Of a stretch of 64,000 bases of DNA, positions 48,201-63,200 are shown piece after piece. The notes beneath the pieces were generated by a model. The model was not told the origin of the DNA. It worked only from the letters and a program-made list of their open reading frames with translations, and made no database searches. Location: the NCBI GenBank assembly GCA_010909165.1, contig MU008157.1, positions 1,062,059-1,126,058 on the forward strand, given 5' to 3'. Both the position numbers and the translations under genes were made by a program. The stretch comes from Anthoceros angustus. Taxonomy: Eukaryota; Plantae; Anthocerotophyta. Every line of letters starts with the position of its first letter. The first letter of the stretch is position 1.

Positions 48201-51200
48201 TAATCGTAGCTCACATACCTTGCTCTATAGCTTATGGAAGATGAAGTTTACCATGATTGTTCGATAATTGTTCATCATCATGTTATCACATGACTTGTAG
48301 CTGGTATATGAGATACTCTTTCTCCGATCGGTGGTAGTTCCCATCTTGTATACCCCTCAAAGTAGCTTAGTGATATGTTGCTAAAGGTAAGTGGTGTCTA
48401 TAGTTGGTTTTAGGATGTCGCCTTATGAATTGCCCCGCCACAACAAGATAAGAGCGTTTCAAAGGTTTGTCACTAATGTGAGCACCTAAGCATGCTTGCA
48501 CCGAATGTCAATTGTGCATTGAGGAGGACCTTGGTCACATTGCCGCCATTGAAGTTGCTTGGCGCCGTGCCGCCAGCTGGTTCTGAATATTCAGCCGTCC
48601 TTGTGTACCTTGACCTCCACTAGTGGAATTTAAGATGCATTTATTAGCCTCTAATGAAACTTTGAATATCGTGAAGACCCACTCGTTTCTATTGTCTTTC
48701 ACAATTGTTTTTAATATACTTGCGTTCTTTAAAAGTTTTGAATATAGAATTTTTACAGATTTGTTCTAACCATTGGTTTACATAAGGTCTTCAAATATAA
48801 AGATGTTTTAGAAATTATTTTCTTTTCTTTGTTTTGTCATGGATTTCAAATCGTTGCCCTTGGTTGAAGTGGAGTCCAACTTTGACACTCTTTTAAGTTG
48901 GATGAGAGGTTCATAATGTTCTCTTTGCATCAAATAGAATACTTAAAGGTCTTGGCGTAGAAGAGGCGGGCGTATCATATTTACACATCAACGTCTTGCT
49001 TTGCATCGACCATACGAATATCCTTCTCCTCAAGGCTACACTTAACCATTGGATGGCGGTTGCATCACCCCATAAGCCGTTTAACTTTGCTGGCAATTTC
49101 ATATTATATATATCTTGATATTTCGATATTTGGTCCATGGATGGCAACCAAGACCTCACGAATATATTTCCACAGTTGCCATTGCGTTGGGATCTTTTCT
49201 TCTATGCTTCTTTCCAATTGCGACATTGCTTTGATTCGCGATTCGCAGATGTTATTGTTCCATCCAATAAATATGCAATGGAGTCGAATAAATGCCTACA
49301 ATGTATCGGAAATCTTCACTTGTTTCAAGTCCATTATGTCGTAAAGCGGTGTATATATCCGTAATTGTGTGCTCGTTTCCATTTGTTACGAGTCCTCAAA
49401 ATCTATTGTTTCTTGAAGAAAACTTCATGTAGCTACACGGACATATATGCAATAAGTTATTTCTTGAAGAAATGTTGAATCGTAGGCATCACAAGTTTTT
49501 CCAATAAGAGTGCCTTATATGTGGAGGCCTACTTCACCTCTAAGTAATTGCCTTAAACATACTAGTGCTTAGGGTCCGAGCAAAGCCTCGTTACCTTTAA
49601 CCTCTTAAGTTATTTTGATAAACAATAATTCCTACTTGCATGCATGATTTCGTACTCATAGATAGAGGCTTATTTCATCTATAAGTAACCACTTTAAATG
49701 ATTAGTTTGCTTGGAATTTAAGCAAAGCCAACGGAATGAAATACGTATGTAGCTAGAAAGACATATATAGCGATGTTGTTCATGACGAAACTTTGAAAAA
49801 TATTATATATATTTATACAATAACATATATTATTAATATATTTTTGAAGTTCCAAGGTCTAAAGTCTAAGGTTTTAGAAAAGCCTTGCAATTAAGGTGGC
49901 ATGTTACTTACCTACCACGAGGGTGACCCCTACCGCTCACATTTGGCACCTACTCTCCTCACCACAAGGTGGTTTCGACCCGTTCTTTTCCTAAGTATCC
50001 TCCTTGCCTTCCTAACAACATCCTACAACTCAAGTTCCAAAAGAACCAAAAAGCATGCTTCCTCTACACCATTTCTAATCAAAAGAAGTTGAACTGTTGC
50101 AAAACAAACTCACTTGATCCGATGGCGGAACTTTTGCGTTCCCACGATGTTCTTTTATTCCCAACTTGTACTCGGCTTTGAGGCGTCACAATATATGGCC
50201 AGCTTTGCCTCCGCTCCATATCGTGCAATTAAGAATTGTCTTCATGAACTCCGGATGGAATTCTTCTAATGAGCGGTGTGCTTGAGTACCATGTAGACCG
50301 ACATCTTTCTCTATGGTCCTTGGGCAAAGAACACAATAATTCTAGAAGGAGTCTGTTAATATGAACCCCTTCTTTTGGTTTTGGACCCCTTTCACGAAGT
50401 CGACACAATCCTTAATACGACATTACCCTTGTTGTTCCGTCCACAAACAAAAAGTCTGCATTTTTCTATTGACATGATAGAGAGCCTATGTAGAGCGCCG
50501 GCCGCCCTCCGTGATGTGTTCATGGACACCATTCAATAACTTCGGATCAAAACTAAACATGGTTCTACGTTGGAAAGAAACAAAACCGAATGTTGTATCG
50601 ACATAGAATGTATGACCACTTCTAAGTTCCACGTCGCTCCACTTCTAGGTCTTCAAACCGCTCGTTCTTGCCCATTGCTTGGCATCTTCGTTTTCCTCAA
50701 CTTCTTCCTCATCAACTGCTTGCGTAAGCACCGAGCGATTGTGGTCGTAGCCTATGGATCATTCCTTTGCCGTTCGGTTTAGGAGAACATTCGTGCACCT
50801 ATTGGGCCTCTTAGAGATGAGTGGCGAGAGGCTGCCATCGCCATATAGATTGGCCATTGCATTTGGCTTTGAGTTTGTGTTTCTAATATGCAAAACACAG
50901 TCTATTTTCTTTCTTGTAATTCTTTATATGTAGCTTAATCAGTGATTGTCCTAGTGTATCTCCATTGGAATTGCTCAAGGATGCAATCCAACAAAATAGT
51001 ACACTAGGATTCCTACCTAGATTTGCAGCCATAGATTTTCTAGAGAAAAATCAACACAAACATCATTTTTGATTATCTTTGTTTCATTGAATTTAGACTT
51101 CATTTCTAATCAAGGAACAACAAAGAACACATTTTGTGCACATCTTCTAATGCACAAAGAATGTGCATCTACCTAGATGCAACATACATAGTATGCTATG

Positions 51201-54200
51201 ATACCATGACTATAAGAACTATAATTATAAGGACTATATAGGTCAATTAATAATAATAAAGAATAATTACATTGTATTCATCGAGAAAAACAACTTGCTT
51301 ATGCATGAGAAGACAACTTCATGTCTATTCACCTAATGACATAACCCTAACGAACGGGTATTTGTAAATAATTCTAAGTACTTACACATGCCTCCTCTAT
51401 GGGATAGTACCCTAAACCCTCATCATAATCCCAACACTCTATTTCATCACCTTGTCGCCTTGTTTCAGCCTTTTCTATAGCTCTGCCATATAGATGCACA
51501 AGGGAAGAGGGCCAAGTGGGCAGCCATGTCTCGCACCGGCGTTGCTTGGGAAGTGCTTGGTGCGTCCTCAATCAGTTTGAATTCTCACAGTGCAGTGTTG
51601 GTAGGCAATCTATGAACCGCCTTGATGAGACCATCTTAGACTCCGACGTTCTTCATTGCTTGCCATAGTACTCAATAGATCGGTACCTTGTCAAAGGCTT
51701 TGGCGAGGTCAATAAAGCAACATGTCTTCGTTTGTTACCCTTTTTTCCCGATTAGGAGTGGAGTTCAATTAGGTGGGCTTGCCGCTATATATCCTTCTTT
51801 GGAAGCTTGCACGGCATGTTTTGTGTCTCAAGACATCGTCTCCAATAATCAGCTCACATACCTTGCTCTATAGCTTATGGAAGATGAAGTTTACCATGAT
51901 TGTTCGATAATTGTTCATCATCATGTTATCACATGACTTGTAGCTGGTATATGAGATACTCTTTCTCCGATCGGTGGTAGTTCCCTGTCTTGTATACCCC
52001 TCAAAGTAGCTTAGTGATATGTTGCTAAAGGTAAGTGGTGTCTATAGTTGGTTTTAGGATGTCGCCTTATGAATTGCCCCGCCACAACAAGATAAGAGCG
52101 TTTCAAAGGTTTGTCACTAATGTGAGCACCTAAGCATGCTTGCACCGAATGTCAATTGTGCATTGAGGAGGACCTTGGTCACATTGCCGCCATTGAAGTT
52201 GCTTGGCGCCGCAGGCTGGTTCTGAATATTCAGCCGTCCTTGTGTACCTTGACCTCCACTAGTGGAATTTAAGATGCATTTATTAGCCTCTAATGTAAAC
52301 TTTGAATATCGATGAAGACCCACTCGTTTCTATTGTCTTTCACAATTGTTTTTAATATACTTCGCGTTCTTTAAAAGTTTTGAATATAGAATTTTTTTAC
52401 GAAGATTTGTTCTAACCATTGGTTTACATAAGGTCTTCAAATATAAAGATGTTTTAGAAATTATTTTTCTTTTCTTTGTTTTGTCATGGATTTCAAATGC
52501 GTTGCCCTTGGTTGAAGTGGAGTCCAACTTTGACACTCTTTTAAGTTGGATGAGAGGTTCATAATGTTCTCTCTTTGCATCAAATAGAATACTTAAAGGT
52601 CTTGACGTTGAAGAGGCGCGTATCATATTTACACATCAACGTCTTGCTTTGCATCGACCATACGAATATCCTTCTCCTCAAGGCTACACTTAACCATTGG
52701 ATGGCGGTTGCATCACCCCATAAGCCGTTTAACTTTGCTGGCAATTTCATATTATATATATCTTGTTTGATATTTCGATATTTGGTCCATGGATGGCAAC
52801 CAAGACCTCACGAATATATTTCCACGATTGCCATTGCGTTGGGATCTTTTCTTCTATGCTTCTTTCCAATTGCGACATTGCTTTGATTCGCAGATGTTAT
52901 TGTTCCATCCAATAAATATGCAATGGAGTCGAATAAGCGATGCCTACAATGTATCGGAAATCTTCACTTGTTTCAAGTCCATTATGTCGTAAACGGTGTA
53001 TATATCCGGTAATTGTGTGCTCGTTTCCATTTGTTACGAGTCCTCAAAATCTATTGTTTCTTGAAGAAAACTTCATGTAGCTACACGGACATATATGCGC
53101 AATAAGTTATTTCTTGAAGAAATGTTGAATCGTAGGCATCACAAGTTTTTCCAATAAGAGTGCCTTATATGTGGAGGCCTACTTCACTTCTAAGTAATTG
53201 CCTTAAACATACTAGTCTGCTTAGGGTCTGAGCAAAGCCTCGTTACCTTTAACCTCTTAAGTTATTTTGATAAACAATAATTCCTACTTGCATGCATGAT
53301 TTCGACTCATAGATAGAGGCTTATTTCATCTATAAGTAACCACTTTAAGCAGTTAGTTTGCTTGGAATTTAAGCAAAGCCAACGGAATGAAATCGTATGT
53401 AGCTAGAAAGACATATATAGCGATGTTGTTCATGACCAAACTTTGAAAAATATTATATATATTTATACAATAACATATATTATTAATATATTTTTGAAGT
53501 TCCAAGGTCTAAAGTCTAAGGTTTTAGAAAAGCCTTGCAATTAAGGTGGCATGTTACTTACCTACCACGAGGTGACCCCCTACCGCTCACATTTGGCACC
53601 TACTCTCCTCACCACAAGGTGGTTTCGACCCGTTCTTTTCCCTAAGTATCCTCCTTGCCTTCCTAACAACATCCTACAACTCAAGTTCCAAAAGAACCAA
53701 AAACGTTCGGCATGCTTCCTCTACACCATTTCTAATCAAAAGAAGTTGAACCTGTTGCAAAACAAACTCACTTGATCCAGTGGCCGGAACTTTTGCGTTC
53801 CCACAGTGTTGCTGTTTTATTCCCAACTTGTACTCGGCTTTGAGGCGTCACAATATATGGCCAGCTTTGCCTCCTGCTCCATATCAGGCAATTTAAGAAT
53901 TGTCTTCATGAACTCCAGATGGAATTCTTCTAATGAGCCAGTGTGCTTCAGGGAGTACCATGTAGACCGACATCTTTCTCTATGGTCCTTGGGCAAAGAA
54001 CACAATAATTCAAGAAGGAGCTGTTAATATACGAACCCCCTTCTTTTGGTTTTGGACCCCTTTCACGAAGTCGACACAATCCTTAATACAGACATTACCC
54101 TTGTTGTTCCGTCCACAAACAAAAAGTCTGCATTTTTCTATTGACATGATAGAGAGCCTATGTAGAGCGCCCTCCGTGATGTGTTCATGGACACCATTCA

Positions 54201-55270
54201 ATAACTTCAGATCAAAACTAAACATGGTTCTACGTTGGAAAGAAACAAAACCGAATGTTGTATCGACATAGAATGTATGACCACTTCTAAGTTCCACGTC
54301 GCTCCACTTCTAGGTCTTCAAAGCGTCGTTCTTGCCCATTGCTTGGCATCTTCGTTTTCCTCAACTTCTTCCTCATCAACCGCTTGCGTAAGCACCGAGC
54401 AGTTGTGGTCGTAGCCTATGGATCATTCCTTTGCCGTTTTGGTTTAGGAGAACATTCGTGCACCTATTGGGCCTCTTAGAGATGAGCTGAGCAGGGCGAG
54501 GCTGCCATCGCTGGCCATATAGATTGGCCATTGCATTTGGCCTGAGTTTGTGTTTCTAATATGCAAAACAGTCTATTTTCTTTCTTGTAATTCTTTATAT
54601 GTAGCCAATCAGTGATTGTCCTAGTGTATCTCCATTGAATTGCTCAAGGATGCAATCCAACAAAATAGTACACTAGGATTCCTACCTAGATTTGCACGCC
54701 ATAGATTTTCTAGAGAAAAATCAACACAAACATCATTTTTGATTATCTTTGTTTCATTGAATTTAGACTTCATTTCTAATCAAGGAACAACAAAGAACAC
54801 ATTTTGTGCACATCTTCTAATGCACAAAGAATGTGCATCTACCTAGATGCAACATACATAGTATGCTATGATACCATGACTATAAGAACTATAATTATAA
54901 GGACTATATAGGTCAATTAATAATAAATAAAGAATAATTACATTGTATTCATCGAGAAAAACAACTTGCTTATGCATGAGAAGACAACTTCATGTCTATT
55001 CACCTAATGACATAACCCTAACGAGCGGGTATTTGTAAATAATTCTAAGTACTTACACATGCCTCCTCTATGGGATAGTACCCTAAACCCTCATCATAAT
55101 CCCAACACTCTATTTCATCACCTTGTCGCCTTGTTTCAGCCTTTTCTATAGCTCGCCATATAGATGCACAAGGGAAGAGGGCCAAGTGGGCAGCCATGTC
55201 TCGCCGGCGTTGCTTGGCATCTTCGTTTGTTACCCTTTTTTCCCGATTAGGAGTGGAGTTCAATTAGGTG
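45287..55270 (-). repeat. Head-to-tail array of the ~3.65-kb OTU/RT unit (one shortened and about two full periods)
   Basis: The landmark cacctaatgacataaccc occurs at 45691, 47689, 51330 and 55001 (periods 1998, 3641, 3671). Confidence 0.92.
54010..54360 (-). pseudogene. Unidentified ORF fragment in the 3.65-kb unit, possibly MULE-like (GHTFYVDTTFG...FSFD...NG)
   Basis: Weak resemblance to the first catalytic Asp region of MULE transposases; present in each unit. Confidence 0.25.
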
Positions 55271-55364
55271 GGCTTGCCGCTATATATCCTTCTCCTCAAG
55301 GCTACACTTAACCATTGGATGGCAACCAAGACCTCACGAATATATTTCCACGTTGCCATTGCGT

Positions 55365-58300
55365 TGGGTTTCGTCCCATGAGACTTGTGTGAAAGTTCGA
55401 GGCCTTGCGATGACCGATCGCTACTGCGGAGACACAACTTCTCGACCTTCTAAACAAGCAAGGCGCCCTCTACTCTCCTCAAGGCTACACTTAACCATTG
55501 GATGGCAACCAAGACCTCACGAATATCCTTCTCCTCAAGGCTACACTTAACCATTGGATGGCAACCAAGACCTCACGAATATCCTTCTCCTCAAGGCTAC
55601 ACTTAACCATTGGATGGCAACCAAGACCTCACGAATATATTTCCACGATTTCGTCCCTACTTCTAAGACCACTCTTCTCCACTCGGGGCGCTCTTTTACT
55701 TGCAGTTGGGATTCGTCCCTTAGGCTGCACATGGCCTTCCACTAACACCTACACCTCTAATCCTCTACTCATCTTCTCATCTCCTCATCCTCTTCCTCCT
55801 ATTCTAACCTCGATTCGGGCTTCTTGGTTTCGACTCGCCCTTACACTGGGGTCGCCTCCACCAGCAAGTTCTTCCTTGGGCGGTTGCTATGAGTTTGACA
55901 CCGGCGAGAACCTCAGTCTTTCCACGTAGTCTACCCCTCAAGCCGAGAGTTCACGGGCATTTGCCACACACCCAAAGCAAAGCAATTTCAGCAACCATTC
56001 ACAAGGGAGCAACTCGTTTAGGCACTTGCGTGAGCAAGTCCTCCACCAAGCACTCCGACCACCGCGACTTCCTCTCTACGGGAGTTGGCTCCTGGTACGA
56101 AATTCCTCTGTAATGGCAAAGGACTCGATGGCGTGGGCGCAAGACATGATACTTTACTTTGTGAAATCCTCCTCCTCTTATAGGAGGCCTTCCACATACA
56201 ACCTCCCTTAGGTGACCCTCTGCAGTCACCTTTTCCAATTTTTCTATTATTTCCTACCGCTTGACATTTAATGTCGGCACCTAAATCTATTATGTCCTTG
56301 GTAAATTCTATTCTAGTAACTTCACCTAAGACCATCCTTGAAGGATGTCGTTACATCACCTATCCTTCTATTCTTCTATCAAAGCTCATTTATGGTCATT
56401 GACCATATCGTCTTACCTCTTTGGGTGGTGACGTCCTTGTGGATTGGCTCCCTCGCCCTCCTTTTGCTCTTGCCCCTTCCGGCCTTTGTCATCTTCCTAA
56501 TGTGTGGGGCAAGTACAATCTTGCCCCTTCCTCCATCTCATGGGCGGCGCCTGATTCCTCTGGTCCTCCGCAATCGCGCTTCCGCACCGGCGCCTTTTCT
56601 CCTCCGCTGGCGCTCCATCGCACCCTACCGCGGTAGTCAGCGGACTGGGGTGTGACTTCTACCATGGTAGTCGGTCCTATCTCCTTCTTCTCCTTCCTCT
56701 CCATCGGTGATGTCTCAGGTGAGTTCCTTTTGCTCCTTCCTTCTTTGTTTGGTTTGTCCATACCTATCAGAGCATGTCTTCAAATCTTCCCCATGACCAA
56801 TGTTGCTACTAACTCCTTGGGCCTTCTTGCGTTGGTCTCCTCTCCCTGGCTCCTCCCCTTCGTGGGAGGGCTTCTCACCCTCCCCTTCCTCGACGGGCCT
56901 GGACCCCGCCTTAGTCTCCTCCGGTGGGGTTGTCTCCCCACCACCCCAGCTGCTCCTCCGGGGTATACTCGGACCCCGGCTCCTTCATCCTCGGAGCCTC
57001 GGCTCCCAGATCTCGCCCACTGCACCCTACCGCGGTAGTCGCGGACTACTGGCGTGGTGTGGTCCCCACGGTGATCGCGGACTACCGTGGTGGTCACCCA
57101 CCGTGGTAGGTTGACCCCGAGGTGGGCTTTCCCCCTCCTTGCTCTGCGCCACCTTCTACCTTTGGCGCTCGGCTCCTTCGTCTCGACTCCTCAGTTCCTC
57201 GAGTCCATTTGATGGCCTCATCAAAATCGGAGGCCTCACTGCACTGCACTCCTTCGTCATCATCATGAGGACCCAATGTCCTCCTCTTGGCCAAAGATCT
57301 CATTGTTGGCCTTCAAAATTCTATTGTGGAGGTGAGCCCCAAGCTATGATATTGCATTTGGAGATCATCAATCTCAGTGGGCCACTCTCCATCTTCACAC
57401 CTACCTTGTAGGCGTCCCTTGAGGTGGTCAATTCCCCACCTTGACATGGAGGTCACATTCTCCTCCCTTGCTTCCTTGGTGGCTGGCCAATTTTGCACGA
57501 AGGGCATAATCACAAAAAACCTTCTTCCTTACTACCATTCTATGTACCACCTTCTTGTGGTACTCCTCCTCTGGACCTTTTTCCTTCCAAGTCCTCTATT
57601 GTTGAGCAAGCCCTTCCTCTCGCTTGCCAAGCATCTTCTCGCTCCGGCTCACTGATTCTTGGTTTTGAATTTCATCGGCGCTTCTCTTCCAAACTAAGCG
57701 GGCTCTTCTCAACTCTTCCTTCATGTCCGGATGATGGCTTGTAGCCATCACACTTCTTGCGTCCATTTCTTTGGACGCTACCTTCTCCTTCCCAGCCTCT
57801 GTTTTGCCCTTTCTCTTGCTCTAATTGGGCAAAATGCTCCTCCATATACATCTCCATGAGTCTCGTTGGGTGGTTGCTCGGATGGCTCTTTCTTGATTTG
57901 ACAACCTCCCTCAAGACCTTCTGCATCCATAAGGTCGCTGGAGCTTCTCCTGACCTTTCGGCTTGGCTGCCTTTTCGTCGGACTCCATGGCCTCCAATTG
58001 CCATTTGGTCCTGCCTTCCTCCGGCCATGTCTTGGCTTTCACTTCCTCTTGGCATGCCCACAGGAGCTGCTGGCTCTAGCCCCTTCAAATCCACGTGAGT
58101 GCTTCACAAGCACGCAATTCTCCTAGGGGTCCTAATTCCACCCTCTCTTCTTGCTGGAAATTTCCAGCTCTCCCGCACTCGGCCATGTGGGGAGCCCCTC
58201 CGTCGCTCCATCCGCCTCCCCACCGTAGCGGAGATGGTGGCTTCGCGCGCCATGGCCTCTGTGCTTCTCTTCCCTTCCACCGTAGTAGGCTGCACTGGCG

Positions 58301-60215
58301 TGGGGTGCCTACCAGCGGTGGGCTGCTCCCCTGAGTGATGCCCTACCATGGTGGCCTCTGGTGGTGGCGCCTCACCCCCAGGGGTGCCTCCACGTGGGCA
58401 CAAATGAGATGGTGGGGACTCCCCACTCTGTCACCCCTCACTGTGGTCCTTCTCTCATAGACTACCATTCGGCCTTCTCGTTCTGTCTTCTTCCCTTGCT
58501 TGCTCTGGGGAAAAGATTCCCACTCGGCAACTTGTTGCCTCACATCTTCTCCCTTGCTTCTAGCATGCTTGTGGAGTCGACCTCCCAGTCTTCCTCAATG
58601 CAAAGGCAAAGGCCTTTCCAAGCTTGGCTGGAGATGGATTATCTCAAAGGGATGCCATGCATCTTCAATTCCTTGCTTGTGAGAAGTCCCTCGGTTTCCC
58701 ACAAATGCACCAAATAGGTGCTAAGAGGTAGCAGGCCTTGGCCCTTCCTCATCCGAATTTGGCTTGAGGAGCTTCTCTCGATGGTGGATGTCGCTTCATA
58801 CATAATGGTTCCCCAATCCGCTTGGCTCCCATGGAAATCTTCCACAAAATTGGAGGAAGTTGGTCTTTGAAATAAGAATGCGTTGGTAATTTACCAACAA
58901 TCTTTGCGAAGAGCCTCCACTTGACTCCTTGATGCTCTCTTCCGGCCATTCTTGGCGTGGGCCTTCACTCCTCCATCCATCATGTCGAGGAACTCTGCGG
59001 GATATCGGAGGGCATCCTCTTCCTCCATTTGACCTTTCGAGGAGAGCAATTCGAGCTCTCCTCCTCCATCTTTCATCTTGTCTCCGGTCAGCGGGGATCG
59101 TTCGAGCATTCCTCTCCGGCGGCAAGGGGGCCGATTGATGGAGGTTGATGAAACACTCCTCAATCAATTCCAAATTGGTAGGCCCCCATACACCCATCCC
59201 AATTGATGTTTTCCTCCTCGCCCATTGCCGAAAATCAACCAAATTGGCTGCCCAAAGAAAGCAAGTGAATTGGGGCATCTGTTCACTCCTCCGGCGCAGC
59301 CTGCCGCTTCTTTCCTTTCCCGAGGAGAGCCTTGCGTGCTTCCCTTGCCTTTTCCCCGCCGAGGCATGGGCCTTCCAAAAGGAAGGAAATTTTCAACTCA
59401 GGTCTCAAAACTCTTCTCTTCTTCACACCCAAAGAAACACATACAATCGCACATTAAACTGGTGACCTAGCCGCCAATTCTCCTGTTCTTCTTCCAGACG
59501 CCTGTGACATGTGGGTCGGCCTATCAACCTCCCACGCCCTCACCCCGCCTGGGCCGTCATGCAACTCCTGCGCTCAAGAGCCCCTTCCTAATTCTTCGGC
59601 GCTGGAAGGTGCCTTCTGCCCACCGGCCCCCTTTTCTTCCTCCTCGCTCACCTAGCTTCTCCTCCCCGTCGCTCCTTCCTTTTCTTTCGGCGAGCGATGG
59701 CGTGCTTATGGCAACCTTCCTTTTGCCTTACGCCCAGCCCAGCTCATCCTCATAAGTGAATTGCCTCAGAGGAGTTACGCCCAAACCACACTTTGCCTTT
59801 GTGGATGCACACCGAGGTTCCCAACCCTAGATTTGGGTCATCATCAAAATCCTAATCATTTTATTTCTCGCTATCGCTAATTAATCATAATAATTATATT
59901 TATTCCTATTGGTGAGATATAGTGGATCTCCTATTCTAAATTCCTTTTAGCCGAGATTCGTCTACCATGGTAGTCCGCCACCATAGTGCTCTTACTCACC
60001 AGAGTGTGGTAGCCTCACATGGTAGTCTCGTACCAATCTTCTGACGCCTCGCTTTTGTCGCTTTGACCCATTCTTTTCCGGATATCCTTTTGCCTTTCCT
60101 AACAATATTTTACAATTCTAAGATTTTAAATTTTCTCTGCATGCTCTTCAATCGCCTTAGCCAAAAAATCAAACTGTTTCGCCCTTCGCCTTGGTTGCCC
60201 AAACTTTACGTTCTA
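55365..60215 (-). mobile_element. Partial, mostly colinear copy of gypsy element B: spacer, accessory ORF (~57200-59400), 3' region and LTR (end CCACA at 56196)
   Basis: 60100-60215 matches 38200-38330 just downstream of the integrase. A purine-rich tract on the minus strand precedes TGTGG at 56196. Confidence 0.7.
55476..55638. repeat. 56-bp tandem x3 built from two non-adjacent pieces of the OTU region
   Basis: ORF starts at 55498 and 55554 show the period. The joins fall at ggatggca and acgaatat. Confidence 0.85.
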
Positions 60216-60224
60216 CAACCACAT

Positions 60225-63200
60225 GTTGCTTGGGAAGTGCTTGGTGCGCCCTCAATCCTTTGAATTCTCACGGTGTTGTTGGTAGGCAATCTATGAACCG
60301 CCTTGATGAGACCATCTTAGACTCGCGTTCTTCATTGCTTGCCATAGTACTCAATAGATCGGTACCTTGTCAAAGGCTTTGAGGTCAATAACATAATGCC
60401 TTCGTTTGTTACCCTTTTTTCCCGATTAGGGAGTGGAGTTCAATTAGGTGGGCTTGCCCGCTATATATCCTTCTTTGGAAGCTTGCTCGGCATGTTTTGT
60501 GTCTCAAGACATCGCTCCAATAATCAGAGCTCACATACCTTGCTCTATAGCTTATGGAAGATGAAGTTTACCATGATTGTTCGATAATTGTTCATCATCA
60601 TGTTATCACATGACTTGTAGCGTATATGAGATACTCTTTCCACGGTGGTAGTTCTCTGCCTTGTATACCCCTCAAAGTAGCTTAGTGATATGTTGCTAAA
60701 GGTAATGGTGTCTATAGTTGGTTTTAGGATGTCTCGCCTTATGAATTGCCCCGCCACAACAAGATAAGAGCGTTTCAAAGGTTTGTCACTAATGTGAGCA
60801 CCTAAGCATGCTTGCACCAATGTCCAATTGTGCATTGAGGAGGACCTTGGTCACATTGCCGCCATTGAAGTTGCTTGGGCGCCGCCGCGAAATATTCACC
60901 GTCCTTGTGTACCTTGACCTCACTAGTGGAATTTAAGATGCATTTATTAGCCTAAGAAAACTTTGAAATATCGATGAAGACCCACTGCTTTCTATTGTCT
61001 TTCACAATTGTTTTAATATACCGCGTTCTTTAAAAGTTTTGAATATAGAATTTTTATTTAAGATTTGTTCTAACCATTGGTTTATAAGGTCTTCAAATAT
61101 AAAGATGTTTTAGAAATTATTTTTCTTTTCTTTGTTTTGTCATGGATTTCAAATGCGTTGCCCTTGGTTGAAGTGGAGTCCAACTTTGACACTCTTTTAA
61201 GTTGGATGAGAGGTTCATAATGTTCTCTTTGCATCAAATAGAATACTTAAAGGTCTTGACGTAGAAGAGGCGATATCATATTTACACATCAACGCCTTGC
61301 TTTGCATCGACCATACGAATATCCTTCTCCTCAAGGCTACACTTAACCATTGGATGGTTTTGCATCACCCCATAAGCCGCTTAACTTTGCTGGCAATTTC
61401 ATATTATATATATACTGCTTGATATTTCGATATTTGGTCCATGGATGGCAACCAAGACCTCACGAATATATTTCCACATTGCCATTGCGTTGGGATCTTT
61501 TCTTCTATGCTTCTTTCCAATTGCGACATTGCTTTGATTCAGCTCAGATGTTATTGTTCCATCCAATAAATATGCAATGGAGTCGAATAAATGCCTACAA
61601 TGTATCGGAAATCTTCACTTGTTTCAAGTCCATTATGTAAACGGTGTATATATCCGTAATTGTGTGCTCGCTTCCATTTGTTACGAGTCCTCAAAAATCT
61701 ATTGTTTCTTGAAGAAAACTTCATGTAGCTACACGGACATATATGCGCAATAAGTTATTTTCTTGAAGAAATGTTGAATCGAGGCATCACAAGTTTTTCC
61801 AATAAGAGTGCCTTATATGTGGAGGCCTACTTCACTTCTAAGTAATTGCCTTAAACATACTAGTCCGCTTAGGGTCCAGCAAAGCCTCTTACCTTTAACC
61901 TCTTAAGTTATTTTGATAAACAATAATTCCTACTTGCATGCATGATTTCGTACTCATAGATAGAGGCTTATTTCATCTATAAGTAACCACTTTAAACAGA
62001 TTAGTTTGCTTGGAATTTAAGCAAAGCCAACGGAATGAAATACGATGTAGCTAGAAAGACATATATAAGATGTTGTTCATGACCGAAACTTTGAAAAATA
62101 TTATATATATTTATACAATAACATATATTATTAATATATTTTTGAAGTTCCAAGGTCTAAAGTCTAAGGTTTTAGAAAAGCCTTGCAATTAAGGTGGCAT
62201 GTTACTTACCTACCACAAGAGGTGACCCCTCATCACATTTGGCACCTACTCTCCTCACCACAAGGTGGTTTCGACCCGCTTTCTTCCCTAAGTATCCTCC
62301 TTGCCTTCCTAACAACATCCTACAACTCAAGTTCCAAAAGAACCAAAAACGTTCGCATGCTTCCTCTACACCATTTCTAATCAAAAGAAGTTGAACTGCA
62401 AAACAAACTCACTTGATCCAAAGGCGAACTTTATGCTCCCACGTTGTTGCTTTTATTCCCAACTTGTACTCGGCTTTGAGGCGTCACAATATATGGCCAG
62501 CTTTGCCTCCCCGCTCCATATCGTGCAATTTAAGAATTGTCTTCATGAACTCGGATGGAATTCTTCTAATGAGCTGCAGTTTGTGGAGTACCATGTAGAC
62601 CGACATCTTTCTCTATGGTCCTTGGGCAAAGAACACAATAATTCTAGAAGGAGTCATAATATACGAACCCCTCTCTTTTGGTTTTGGACCCCTTTCACGA
62701 AGTCGACACAATCCTTAATACTGACATTACCCTTGTTGTTCCGTCCACAAACAAAAGTCTGCATTTTTCTATTGACATGATAGAGAGCCTATGTAGAGCC
62801 GGCCGCCGCCGTGATGTGTTCATGGACACCATTCAATAACTTCGATCAAAACTAAACATGGTTCTACGTTGGAAAGAAACAAAACCGAATGTTGTATCGA
62901 CATAGAATGTATGACCACTTCTAAGTTCCACGCGGCGCTCCACTTCTAGGTCTTCAAAACCGTGCTCTTGCCCATTGCTTGGCATCTTCGTTTTCCTCAA
63001 CTTCTTCCTCATCAACCGCCATGTAAGCACCGCGCTTGTGGTCGATAGCCTATGGATCATTCCTTTGCTTCGGTTTTAGGAGAACATTCTGCACCTATTG
63101 GGCCTCTTAGAGATGAGTGGCAGGCTGCCATCGCCATATAGATTGGCCATTGCATTTGGCTTTGAGTTTGTGTTTCTAATATGCAAAACACTCTATTTTC

